Shown here: positions 12,375-24,699 of the stretch, piece by piece
Position numbering within the stretch: position 1 is the first letter of the stretch
How the letters are laid out: each line of letters begins with the position of its first letter
Origin: Dicyema japonicum
Lineage: Eukaryota > Animalia > Dicyemida
Length of the DNA: 62,530 nt
Assembly (NCBI GenBank): GCA_011109175.1
Contig: RDEW01000031.1
Span: 315,970 to 378,499 of the forward strand
Direction of reading: 5' to 3'
The notes under the pieces: model-generated
Databases searched by the model: none
Seen by the model: only the letters and a program-made list of their open reading frames with translations
What the model was told of the DNA's origin: nothing
Translations under genes and position numbers: made by a program

Positions 12375-15020
12375 TTGATTCAACTAAACATAAATGGAGT
12401 GAAAGGGAAGATCCTCGAACTCAGAAAACTCTTAAAAAGGTATAATACTGACATTTGCCTACTCCAAGAAACAAGACTGACTCCGTCTTCTTCCACTCCC
12501 GTCTTCCCAAACTATCACGTCATCAGGCGCGACCGCCCAGCTGGGAGGGGTGGTGGACTGCTTACCCTTATCAAAAAAGAAATTCCGTACGCAAACGAGA
12601 CTTTTGTCAACCTCAAGTCTCCCGTCGAATATATTGGTATTTTAGTCAAGACAAGTATCAGAAACATAAACATATTGAATGTGTATGTGCCACCGCCCAA
12701 CTCATGCTCCAAGGAATTCAGGTTCTCCCTCTCAGACATCGACAAATCAAAAAATATGTTACTTTGTGGAGACCTAAATGAAAAGCATCCGAGATGGTTC
12801 AAGAACCAACCATGCGATGTCCGAGGAAACCAATTGTTATCGAATTTGGATGACCTGATAATATTAAACAACCCTACATTCAATACAAGGACTCCCTACA
12901 GAGCGAATGACCGGACATCGTCCCCCGATCTCACTCTTGCCTCACCAAACATCGCAACATTAACAAAATGGACAGTACCATACGAGACCAGCAGTGACCA
13001 TAATCCCGTTATGATTACGTTTGAAGGAAGAGTGTCAATTGTAAAGAAACCTGTTTTATTTACTGACTACAAAAATGTCGACTGGAAAAAGTTCTCAAAT
13101 TTTGTCGACTATTATTTACTTGACTTTTATTTATCCAATTTCAACTCCATCGATAAAACTATCCTATTTTAATAGAGTGGTACGCGAGCGAATGAAAATT
13201 TGTATTAAAAGAAGGCCACTGACCTCAAGAAATACTCTTCTCCCATAGCCGATCCACTTATAAAAGAAAGAAATTACCTAAAAAGCTTCCAAAAACAATC
13301 CTGGGAAAAAAGATTGAGAATTTGTACATTAAAAAGAGAGATCAGGAACAATGCAAAGAAGAAGCAAGAGAAAGTTTGGAAAAACCTCATGTCCAATCTA
13401 AACAAGCAGAACTTTCTTACAAAAATGTGGCAAACACTTAAAAGCTTTATTAACGCTGACAACCCGGCCACACGTGATGAAATGGAAAACAAGATCTTCC
13501 TAAACAAACTTATGAAGTACTACTCCTCTACGAGTTTCATCCCACACAAGAAATTCGAAGGTCCATCCATCCTAGCCCTCAAACCTAAAAGAGCCACCTC
13601 CCCGATTGTCCTCTCTGTGGAGAACGTACAGAATATTGTCAATGGTCAAAAGTCGATTTATTCCTGTGGTCCGGACGGAATCCCTGCAATAGTTCTGAAA
13701 AACATAGGCCCCTATGCTAACATGGCCCTCACAAAAATTTTTAACTTTTCAATCAACGAAAATTGTATTCCTTCCATATGGAAGCTATCAAACATACGAC
13801 CACTTCTGAAACCCGGGCGACCAAAAAGATCACCAGCCTCATACAGACCAATATGTGTTACATCAAAACTTTTGGAAAAGCTGATTCTTGAACTAATCAA
13901 ACCATACCTTCCTGATGCACCTTTTCAAAACGGATTCAGAAAAGGACACTCCACAGAAACGCATCTTACATGCCTTACAAATTTCATCAAGGATGGACTA
14001 AAGCGCAAACCTCATCAGAAGTCTTTGTTATGCTCCATCGATATAGAAAAAGCTTTCGACACCGTCCCAAGAAAGCTTTTGACAAGGAAGATCTTTACGT
14101 CAAATATTTCAAATAACCTAAAAATCTGGATCGCAAATTTCCTAAATGGAAGAAGAGGAAGAGTAACTGCTGGAAAAATCAGATCAGTGACCAAGTTCCT
14201 TCCAAATGGGGTCCCTCAAGGATCTCAACTTTCACCACACCTATTCAACCTATTCTTGAATGATATTCCCTCCCTTACCAGTGACGATACTCTGGTTCTG
14301 ACATATGCGGATGATATAATCGTCGCAGTCAAAGACCAGTGCGTTAATACTACTGTATACCGGATACAAGTTTCATTGGACGATCTGAACTGTTGACTCG
14401 TTAAGAACATTCTACATACAAGTCCCGAAAAGTCTTATACAACAATTCTTACAACAAACAGAAGATTGACAAACTCCGCTTTATGTGTAACCATAAATGG
14501 AAACTCAATCTTTAAGACCAACTCGGTCAAGATACTGGGCGTAACATAAGACCCACTTTAGACCTTCAGCAAACATATCGACGAAGTCATCTCCTCGGCA
14601 CAACGAAAGCTAAATTTTGCTAAAACACTCCTTGGGCAATATAATGGGTGTTTTAACTCAAATTTGGAGTAGCTCTATGTGCAGTATATTCAACCGTCTC
14701 TAACTTATGGGTGTGCTGCATGGGGAACCAAACTATCAAACGCGAATATGGAAAAAAATAATACATTCCAAAAATGGCCAGCAAGGCTCTGCAATGGTTT
14801 TCCAGACACCAATAAACCCTACACCATTGAGGAATTAGTGAGGAAAACCGGAGCCTTACTACCACCCCAAAAAGTAGCAAATCCACGCCCAATCAGGAAT
14901 TGCGTTGGAACCCGTGAGGAACACCGAGCAAGAATGAGATGGCTATTCGAGGCGGCAGGAATCACCTGACGGCTTTTATTTATTTAATTTGTCACTGATT
15001 TTTGGTTTTTAATAATAAAA
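12375..15020 (+). mobile_element. I/Jockey-like LINE ORF2 (APE + RT), disrupted, with 3' end
   Basis: APE: QLNING, LQET, GGGL, GDLN, SPDL, SDH. RT: GPDGIP, YRPI, QNGFR, DIEKAFD, GVPQGS, YADD. C-terminus ...EEHRARMRWLFEAAGIT* at 14969, then T-rich UTR and TAA tail. Confidence 0.92.
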
Positions 15021-15219
15021 ATTCTATATATAATTTTTTATCGTGGTGTTATGTGGTTTACCAATTCTGTAAATATTGGTAACGTCAGGAGGGCACCTAA
15101 TGTACTTCTAAAAAGAACCATTAAACATTAATCCGAGAATACTGTCTCCCAGGCGGCACTTTCAGTTTCAAACTACCCGGAAGGAACCCCTAGTTCTCCG
15201 CAAGAAATTGACAACGGTT

Positions 15220-15670
15220 ACAACTAAACGGCAATGGAGTAAAGTGCAAAATATTGGAACTGCGTCTCTCCTGGCGAAGCTGAATGTCGACTTGATATGA
15301 TTCAAGAGACTAAACTTTCGTTAAACAGTCCTACTTCGCTGTTTCTTGGATACAAGTCAATACGGACTAACCGGAAGAAGCCGGCTGGTGGCCTACTGAT
15401 TTTATATCGGAAATACCTTAAATGTGTTGACATCAATTCAGTGGTGAAGAATATCTTGGGAAACGATGATGCTAATAAAGTCACCGCAATTTAACTTGAA
15501 CAACACATGGAAAAATTACCTTTGTGAACATCTACGTTCTTCCCATCTTGTTCTTGCCAGAAGCACTAAGCTATGCCAAATTTATCCACTTTGGATTCTT
15601 TGAACTATGTGACTATTGGTAGGGATATCAATGGAAAACACCCTCCATGGCTTGAGTTTTGATGGAAATG
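15220..15670 (+). mobile_element. APE endonuclease relic related to 12375
   Basis: NGVKCKILEL, IQETKL, AGGLLI, G.DINGKHP.W. Confidence 0.72.
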
Positions 15671-16249
15671 GAATTTTAATCAAAAGATGCTTAAAAGCAA
15701 TCTATCCAAATAAACTACAGAGCAATTTATAGGAATATTATGTTAAATTAATAAGAATGGAGGAAAAAACTTATATCACCGTAGAAACGTAGCTAACAGA
15801 TTCAAAATTGTATTTAGTAATAATTTATGCGGAATTAAGAATTATCTGAAATTTAGATTTTCCATTAATAATTTTTAAATCAATTAGCTAAAAGTATTTT
15901 TTTCTATTGCAAAAATGGAAAAACAACATATTTTCTATTTTAAAAAATGTCCTTCCACATTATCTATTCAGTAAAGATTTTTATTATTGTAAAAGTATTA
16001 TGTAAATACAGAAATCTGAAAATGTTTAGAATTGCATTATTCTACATTTTAACAAAGTTGATGATTAATTTTTTTCATATTTAAAAAAAATTTTTTCTTG
16101 ATAAATTTGTCATAAAGGAAAAAAATCACCCTATTTATAACCCATACAAACCGGACCCCAGAGATACCCATGTTATAGAAAAGAGCTCTTGAGATGTCTG
16201 GGAAGGAGACTATACATTATCCACTACTGATTGGAGTCAAAGAAATAGT

Positions 16250-16760
16250 CGTATCTATTACAAATTCTTCAGAGACTTGTATGCTAGTTTGTCTAGGCAA
16301 GAGGAGTCTTTGAACGTTTGGTGGACTTAATGTTGCTCAATGAGTGTTGCGTGAGACTTTGGACGGCTACAATATACGATTTTATATGCAAGAATCCCCA
16401 TGGTTGCCCGGATTCCGCTTTAATACAGTTTTGAATGTACTGAATTTTGCATTCGTTGAATTCCGAGGACAGTTGATGTTTTTTCCCCGATATTTTGGAC
16501 TAGGGGAGTTCCTTGGAGTCTATCATTAAAGAAATTTTGTGGATATTTTCCTTCACGAAGGGTTTGAGGAATTATTTCTTTATCCTTGGAGTATTCATAG
16601 TGTGCTTCGAACATAGCAAAATAAGAGAATCCAATCTTCCCGGTCGGTGGAAGAACCCGCCTTTTCAATGCACCGGTATAAACTGTCTGAGGTCGATACG
16701 TGGGCGAATCTTAATGAGCTTGTGTGAAGATGTCACGTTGATGATCAAAAGTAGGACAAT
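16250..16760 (-). mobile_element. Possible Penelope-like RT thumb relic
   Basis: GFFHR..RLDS and EII.QTLREGKYPQNFF resemble the PLE RA..ICS / L..NGYP..F region; weak. Confidence 0.3.
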
Positions 16761-16899
16761 TTTTATGGAAACTAAAATTAAAAAAATGGCAGCTAAAAAT
16801 GGGATTTATCGCAACTAAAATTCACTGCTTTTATGGTGGGTCTCATTTTAATGACACAGTCCGCTCCAATGTCGTCGAATGTATAGCAATCCTTTGTGA

Positions 16900-17270
16900 T
16901 ACCTCGAGGCCGCGTGTTTGATATGCCTGGTATATATGCTTTCACAGGACAATCCAGTTTCAAGGCTTCTAAATGGTGTTTGTAGAATTTTCTGACAATC
17001 CCATCCCAAATCAAACTACTGGAATGATATATACTTTTGCTTTGTGTATTAATCCGAGTTTGCATGCTTAGAGATCATACTTGTGTGCCTCTCGACTTAG
17101 ACATGCTGGGATGTGATTCCCACTTGTATTACACTTATTTTATTCTTCATCTCATCAAACACAAATATGTCCGATTTGTTATTTTGTACCTTCGTGTGCG
17201 TGGCTGTTGTTGTATCTTTTCAATTTCTACAGACTCGTTCTCAAGTTAAAATTGGTTAGCTAACTTCCTT
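16900..17270 (-). mobile_element. R4/Dong-like RLE domain relic
   Basis: NNKSDIFVFD..ISVIQVGITSQ..KYD..IWDGIVRKFYKHHL..AYI; same family as 20851-21820. Confidence 0.75.
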
Positions 17271-18072
17271 ATCGGTCGAAGGGGACGCGTCTGATTGGAC
17301 AGTCAAGATCTATTTCCTGGCTTCTTCCGAATGGTGTTTCCCAAGGAATCCCTTTGTAATCTTAACCAAAGCATGTTGTATGTTGTATACGAAGATCTGA
17401 CTAGAAAATATTATTAAAAGATTTTGCTACCATCATATAGTCAGATCTTAACTAAATAGAATACTTTTTACCACCGCGAGTCAATTGATTTAATCACCTT
17501 TGACCACCCAAGGGGTATTTGTCGACGAAATTTTAAAAACAAAAGAACTTGAGTTATGACTTTTATCTTAATCTTGTTTGTTAGGGTCTTATTACGGGGT
17601 ACATCCGTCTGAGGTGTCCAGTACATACATTAAATGCTCTTAGAGAAGATATTCACTGATGCATATTTAAATTTGGAATACGTAGTTCGTTAATATTTGT
17701 ATATTCTGGTAGATAAGTAATGTCAATGAGTGAATGCTGACTATCGGTGATGTGATATAAAATGTTCTATTAAATAGTCTTCCATCATTAGAAAAGACAA
17801 ATTTAATGCATTTAAAAATCTAACTAAATTAATATCACATTTTCTAAGCGCATCTTTTACCATAATAATTTAACAAAACTAATAAAACGTCAGTCGCCTA
17901 CCTTTGTGCTCCATCAATTACTGCGTCACTACAATATCCTTAGCTAACTATGTTGTAATTCCAGACCGACTAGGTGGAGTTAGAAATGTTACAAAAAATT
18001 GACAAACCGTTACCTTCTATGGGGTGGTGGACCAACACTTTCTAAGCTAACCCATCGAGCAAGTTAATTAAT

Positions 18073-18200
18073 TTAATTTATTAACCACGGATACAGCGAG
18101 AAACAAGTTAAAGTAAACAAGTATATCCAGTTTACACGTCTTAAGACAGAGTCCATCCGGAATCGACATAAAAGAAAAAGACGTCCATTACTTGCAGTCT
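18073..18200 (-). repeat. Retroelement-like 3' end shared with 9720-9850
   Basis: Direct nucleotide similarity to 9720-9850, ending in a TTAA/AATT-rich tail. Confidence 0.65.
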
Positions 18201-18489
18201 TCCACCTTTCCCTTTTGGCCGTTCGTTCAATCGGCTGTAAATTGTATAATCCGTACAGTTCTTTTTTCAAATCTTTATTGGAATCTTGATTTTCATTCAG
18301 CGATCGTGCTGATTTATGTCTTGGGAGTTTAATTTTTCCCAGTTTTACTGATTGACACCCCATGTTCCAGAATTTTACAAAAGTACGGTAACAAACGCGT
18401 TTTAAAGTCGCGATTTGTCCTGAATTTTTGTCTTCAGCATACTGGTCCTCTCTTTTCACTGTTATTATGTCAGTTGTTTTTTCGATATT

Positions 18490-18700
18490 AACTCAACCCC
18501 ACACAAGCACGTATCGGCCGAATGACTGAATCTTTGTATTCACGACGGCACGTTCCACAGTTCATGCGTATCATGGATTCTAGAGGCATTGGTGACTGGG
18601 ACTCTCCAGAAGTCTATTTTCCGTAACTTTAGTGGCTCTTTTTCGGCTAACCTCGATCTTCAAAAAATGAATTGATTCCAGATGCCACACGCATAAGAAA
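18490..18700 (-). mobile_element. 3' coding fragment of the 12375-type LINE family
   Basis: PMPLESMIRMNCGTCRREYKDSVIRPIRACVG aligns with 41310-41400 PMPLETLIRMNHGTRRRDCEDPVIRPIRAYVG. Confidence 0.65.
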
Positions 18701-18830
18701 TTCATGTTTCAATGTATTGGGTGTATATAGAAATTCAACATTTTCAATGATCATTTGTCGAATATTTCGGGGGTATATTTAGGATATTTTGTATATCACC
18801 CATCTTTTCAAAAAATAGTCCATTACATAA

Positions 18831-19230
18831 CTAACTAATGCTATGGAAGTTGCGCCTCAAGATCGAGAGTATAAGTTTCTGGATGGGCCATAATGTCATT
18901 TTAGGATCTCCTTTCTGCAATCCTGCAAGACACCCGATCAACCTGATGAACTTTGGCATGCTGTGGCCATGCTCACCATACGTCTCAATGAAACAGTATT
19001 CCCTCCTTTTGGAATCTTCAGAGTACTCACTGCGGACCTCATACATAGCATACTTGATTAGATTCACTTTTGAGAAAGTATCCGTGCATGTAGAGGAAAG
19101 TAAAACATCTCCATCTGTTCATAGCATAATTCTTAATGTCATTCGGCTTCTTATCATCACTCATGTCAAGTACGAAGGGTTCCAGGAAGCAAGCATTGAT
19201 TATACAACTCCCAACCATCTAATGATGTGG
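18831..19230 (-). mobile_element. CRE-like RLE relic, divergent subfamily
   Basis: LEPFVLDMSDDKKP..TCTDTFS..KRREY..ETYG..KFI..KGDPK..W..QKL.LSILR.N. Confidence 0.72.
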
Positions 19231-19953
19231 TCAAAAACTTCAAATATACCAAATTTTTTCCATTAAAGAAGACTTAGATTGTCACTGTCTGGATTTGAAT
19301 TGAGTCTACTTAAAATTGGACAACAAGCCGCAGTGAATTAGCGCCAAGAACTCTGGAGATCACAGTGGATATTGTTGGACAAAGTATTTATTAAGAAACG
19401 GTATTTCCTCTTTTAAGGTATTTTGAAAATTTTCATCAGATATCCGACTGTGTTAGAATTCAGGATTATCGTCACTATCCAGATGTCTGAACTTAAAAAA
19501 GATGTGGAGGATTTGGATCCGTACCTTAAGAAAAGATTATGAATTAGACAATATCCTCGTTTGTCTGTTCAAATCAGAAAAAAACTTTTTTACAGTAAAT
19601 AAAATAGAATAAAGATTTTTCAATCAAGATAGATTACTAAATATCAAAAAAATTGAATGCTTTTTGTTTTAAAGGAACTTAACTTGGTGATTTTGGTGGA
19701 AACCATTTTTACAGTCTTTTTAAATAACCCCGGATATACTTGAAAAGGGTTTTATTCAGTTCCCCGGTCGGAATGGGACGTATCTTTTCCAAATATTATG
19801 CCTATCCATATTAGCCATTCTGGGAACCCCTCTACTAATTTAGTGAAGAGAGGGATCCTTTTTCGTTCAATTTATTGTATTGAACCACTATTATTAGGGA
19901 CATAAATTGAATCACACTAACAACCACGGATAAGGTCCAACAATCCCGATGCC

Positions 19954-20040
19954 AAAAGGGTTTGACGAGTGACGCCGTCATCAGTGGATACTCACTGCGG
20001 AACTGGATTGTCTACTCGTGAAAAGGCTATTATTATTAAT
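19954..20040 (+). mobile_element. 5'-truncated copy of the SINE at 45976
   Basis: About 60 nt nearly identical to 46059-46119, followed by a tattattattaat tail. Confidence 0.65.
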
Positions 20041-20099
20041 CGATAAACAACCCGATTCCAATATAATTCCCTTTAGTTTCGTCCTAATCGCGATAGAGA

Positions 20100-20260
20100 A
20101 TTAAGGGGGCCGGGACTGTCTCCAGGCGTGTTCTCCGAGAGATTGGAACCGAATCTCGCCATGCTCTGAGATCGAGAGTGGCGTTGGTTTTATGGACGGC
20201 TCGGGATTGCAATCGTTCGTGGAAATGTCCTCTGTCTCTTGGAAGAACTAATCGTAGGGA
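20100..20260 (+). mobile_element. CRE-like 3' end fragment
   Basis: DREWRWFYGRLGIAIVRGN matches the D.RE..WL..R.S.AI.RGN terminus of the other CRE copies. Confidence 0.65.
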
Positions 20261-20279
20261 ACCAAGAAATGTTCAAAAT

Positions 20280-20850
20280 TACAATCAATTTTGATGAGAA
20301 ATAATCAAATTCCTACTAAGATGCGGTTACGCTTATATAATGGATTTGTCCGACAATTCCTCATGTACAACGCAGGTACTTGGGAACATCAAAGGAAAAT
20401 ATGGAACAGCTTGACTCTTTTCAAGAGGCCAACTGAGAAAACTCCTTGGATAAAATAAAACTTCAAACAATAAAATATACAGACTGACTGATTGTGGACC
20501 AATAAGTCTGAACATACTTGAAGCCCATTGGCGCCTATTTGGACATATTCTACAGATGAGTGAGGAAACACCAGGCAATGCCGTCATGGAAGAATTTTCG
20601 GCCATACTGAATTTTCTACATTCGAAGGACGTCCAAGAGATTGTCTTCCCAAGACACTTGTGTAGAATTATGCTGTGATCAGGGGCCGATTGATGGATGC
20701 AGACGATCTGGACGAAATCAGGAGGCGAGCAAGACGACGAAGGGATGGGGAAGGCAAACGGCAAGAATAGTCGAAAACATGGCACAAGCCAAACCATAAA
20801 CACTGTTTATTGGCAACGCGGACGTGCATTTATTAAATTATTATTAATTT
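20280..20850 (+). mobile_element. RTE C-terminal region with TTA tail
   Basis: MRLRLYNGFV..FLMYNAGTW..QLDSFQ..LRKLLG..WRLFGHIL..GRPR. Confidence 0.75.
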
Positions 20851-21820
20851 ATGGAGAACATAACGTTGATCGAATTACAATATAATAATTTGATGGGAAA
20901 GATCAACTTAAAAAGTCTTCATAAGGTCCCCTTAAGAGCATTGGATAACCCACATGTCGACCTTAAGTCGTCGACAATATGGCTAAAATACGGTGACAAC
21001 TCACTTCGATCGGAGGCGCTGTACACGTATATGCAAGACCGCAATATTTTTGGGGTCGATCAACAAATACATGTCCCCACTGTAAGTCAAGGAGTATGTC
21101 GGTTGATCATTTAGCCACTCGGTGCGGATCCATGCTCTGCCACGACTATATGTGGAGGTACAACGAGGTAGTAAGGAGTCTTCATCTTCTATTATGCAAT
21201 AAGTATTGTATTCGCCACACCAGAAAGTTGCGAACTCATAAAATGCAATCTTTAGTAGAGAAAACCAGGGTCCAAATTAATGTAGACAGTGTTACCCGTA
21301 CCTCGGAGCTAGTCAAAAACAATAAACCGGACACTGTGGTAAACGATAGGGAGTCTGACCAAGTCCTTATCATAGAGGTTGGTATTACGTCTCAAGATAG
21401 TTTGCAGACTGTGGAGGTGGATAAATAAAGGAAGTATGACTTGCTTGCAAACAAGATGGGTCAGATGCTTGGTTGAAAGGTCCTCGTTATTCCAATAGTA
21501 ATGACGTGAGAAAGAATTGCAACAAAGTACCACAAGGGTTATCTGAAGCAGTTAGGAAAAGATACGAAGCTCCAGGCCTATCTACAGTCCACTGTATTAA
21601 AGCGGACCCTAGAGAGCCTGACACTGGAGTATAGGAGGCAGAGCCCAGAGATACCATATGGGATGAGGATTCAATTGGACATTACGCTCTCAGAGTTGTT
21701 TCAGCAACCAGAATCGAACCTGCCTGAGGAGGCTGGCGAACAGGCAGGCGAAGAAGGTTGTTGATTATTAAATATTAACTCTTTATTGTTGGTTAAATAA
21801 AGTGGGTTTAAAAAAAAGAG
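20851..21820 (+). mobile_element. R4/Dong-like RLE retrotransposon, 3' part, disrupted
   Basis: DNPHVD..WLKYG..YMQDRN..VDHLATRC..HDY..R.NEVVR..NNKPD..IIEVGITSQD..KYDLLA..IPIVMT*..YLQS; A-rich tail about 21808. Confidence 0.87.
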
Positions 21821-22484
21821 AACATAACCAAATGATGGGGAAAAACTTAATAATTTGAGTATCTGAAAAGATGAGACATCGATGAGATCAGGATGAATCG
21901 GATGAGATCAGGATGATAGGGGGAAAGGAGACACCAATGGAAGGGAAAGATATATGTTCAAAACAGTTATTAAAAAATAGTAGGCAGATTTTAAGGTTTT
22001 ATTGGTCAAGAGGTCTGATATGTTAATCTGTTGACCAGGATATGATTCATGATTAGTGATGAGGCCTCCACCCTTCCATCTTTTCTGTCCCGTCTGAACA
22101 CAGAGTATCTCTAGTAGGTTGGTTAACTTTCGGCTGCCGTGTGGTTAACGTTCGAACTACATCCACTGTCGAAAAAAGTCTCTTGAAAAAAGCTACATCC
22201 ACTGAATATTCGTGATGGTGGAAATGCAGTATTATTTGATTGCAAGGGGGATAGATTAAGACTGCTTCTCAAATCGCCGAATTAAACTTCCGAGAAATCT
22301 GTCTATCTCGGTCATTTGTTTTGAGATCACCAGTCGTCCATCTTCTTAACAAAGAGTAGGATGTTTAGATTTAGTCCTCATGAAATTTTCAACTGAGAAA
22401 AATGGTAGAAACACTTATCCGAAAATCAATACAATTATTTGCAGGGGGAATACACCGTGTCTTTGTTTGTGAGTTCCAAAAGAG

Positions 22485-22520
22485 AATCCAGTTCCGCAGT
22501 GTTGAAACACTGATGACGGC
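22485..22520 (-). repeat. Third, diverged copy of the SINE core
   Basis: Reverse complement gccgtcatCAGTGtttcaaCACTGcggaactggatt matches the cores at 19974 and 46079. Confidence 0.55.
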
Positions 22521-23656
22521 TTCAATTGTGACGACCCTAAGCATCGTAGAGACGTAAAAAATAATCGGCGAGAATAGTATTGGAAACAGATAATTGAAAC
22601 CAATCATGCTCTAACTGAGGACGATAGACATATTTAGTTCCTGTGAAACCTATCTCCATGTCCCTGGGTTTCTGAGTAGTGTCGAAATGTTGAGGACTCC
22701 ATAACCATTCTCTTAATTGATCTAGAATTTGCAAAAATGATCTGGTGTTATACAGAAATAGTAGGCGGACCGACACAATAAAGTGACCCCTCCTGTGGTC
22801 GTATAGAATGCAGAAACGGCAAGAAAGTAGTGGTCCTTCATGTTGTATCTGAAAAGTACCATTAACTTCTCTTTTCTTAAATATTTTAAAAATTATTTAT
22901 TCTAGTGTGAAATCAAAGTCATTAATATTTTGAGTTTTAAAATTTCGATCATTTCGAGAATTTTAAATATTAGTGAATAATTCAACCGAGGCAGAACTGG
23001 CACTACAACTTCGTTTACAGTTAATAAAAAGTTCCCCGTCTAATTTGACTACAAACTCTGAATATGTCTTGGCATAAAAGTGGGCTTTCTGAGTTCATGA
23101 CCTTATGCCTATTAGCCAAAGAGAATAATAAACATGAGTAGAGTAAAAATGCTATTAGTACTTTTATTTGTAGATAAAAATTGAAATAAGAAAAATGTCA
23201 AAAAAGCATTTACCTAAAATAATTGATAAAAAAACCTGCGAAATTTTGATTACTTTTTACAAGACTTCCAAATTAATATTTTATAAACCTTTATGTTAAT
23301 CTACTTTTTGGGACTGAAGGTGCTATGTTCAATGCCAGAGAGTTTTCAAAACATAGGAGATAGTATGTTTCCCATAGATTGTCCGCAAAAGACTGAAATT
23401 GTACCAGTCTCAGCTAGAACCGCGGAAAATATTGACGAATAAGTTTATTTAGCAATTCAAAGCATTATGGAATTATATTTCTTGTCACTTCGAGATTTCC
23501 CCAGAATCACTAAACTTGTGTTGTAAACCACAGGATATATGTTATGTCTCGATAACACAAAAATATTTTATTTTAAAAACACAAAAATCAATCAAAAATG
23601 ATCTCCGTAGTTACCTCTCACGATCAAAAAAGATCAACTAGAGAAGCAAACGAGTC

Positions 23657-24250
23657 TCACGTATGTCGTGGCTTTTTAGTGAAACCAGGAGTACCGGTTT
23701 CTTTACGATACTTTACAGTTGGATCAGTAAATTGTTCATACCAAGCTAAGACATCCTCTTCATATACAACATCAAGCTCATAAAGGAGCATCAAAACACG
23801 TGGAAAACATGTAATCAAATATTCCTCTGAAGTAATAAAGTATTCCTACCATACAGCCAAAACACAAACAAGAAGACCTCGCAGAGAATCTACATGTACA
23901 TCGATGGTCTTTAAATATAACTGCAGAACCGGGGCCAAGTGCTGAAGAATTCGTTAAAATCATTTTATAGGAGTCTCATTCTCAGACGTGAATCTCAAAA
24001 GGACCACGATCTTTTGTAACTAGGATGGCGGCAGAACGCACGTTAGTCTATTGTAAAGCATAAAATTACTTTAGTGAGTTCAACTCGAGGAGGAGGTTGT
24101 ACAGTTGGAGGTTGATCAGCAGGATATCTTTTGATCGTCTCATGGCTTCTGAAATAAATGAGAGAGGTAATCTGCTATTTCACTTTCTTCCTTATCACTA
24201 TGGACACTTTCCTCGATTTGAATTCCCCATCGAGAAGATGACATCAATTC
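23657..24250 (-). pseudogene. EIF2B5: eIF2B-epsilon C-terminal (W2 domain) fragment with predicted 22 and 24 nt introns
   Basis: RWGIQIEES..FISE..NLLLELNSLK..APVLQLYLK..DSL..EYF..FPRVLMLLYELDVVYEEDVLAWY matches eIF2B-epsilon LWG....EEE / NL.LEINSLK / SPV..NY.K / KVLM.FY.L.IL.EE.IL.W; frame break near 24040 and no N-terminal domains visible upstream. Confidence 0.75.
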
Positions 24251-24699
24251 ATCCCCAAAGTTTTTGTCATTGAATTTTAAGCCACTACTGAAGACACACC
24301 GGATGAGGTTGAAGAACTTGATGGAATTTGGAAGTTTGTCCCGAAAATTGAATCCGTGCAAGTTGACTGATGCCCAATATAACAATCGTCGTGAATAATA
24401 CAGTTTTCAGTGTACTAAGGAAGACCTGAATTCAGCGTTTATGTATACCCGCACAAAGTCGCAAATAATGAACAATCTTTAAAATAAAAAACAATATTTT
24501 ATACTTTAATCAAATAATTATTCGAAATTTTACGAACACAACAACATAAGAAAAATTAAAAAATTTAAAGAAATATATAAATAATTTAAAAAAATATCCA
24601 TTTGATTTGAAATTAAAAGCAACATAATTTTTTACAAACAAACCAATTTATTATGGAAAAATTGAATATATGGTAAAAATCGAGCTTTGAATGCTTGGC

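Noticed and set aside
23330-23470. GTPase G5-like IVPVSARTAENIDE fragment
   Set aside because: A single short motif; no G1, G3 or G4 motifs could be found nearby.
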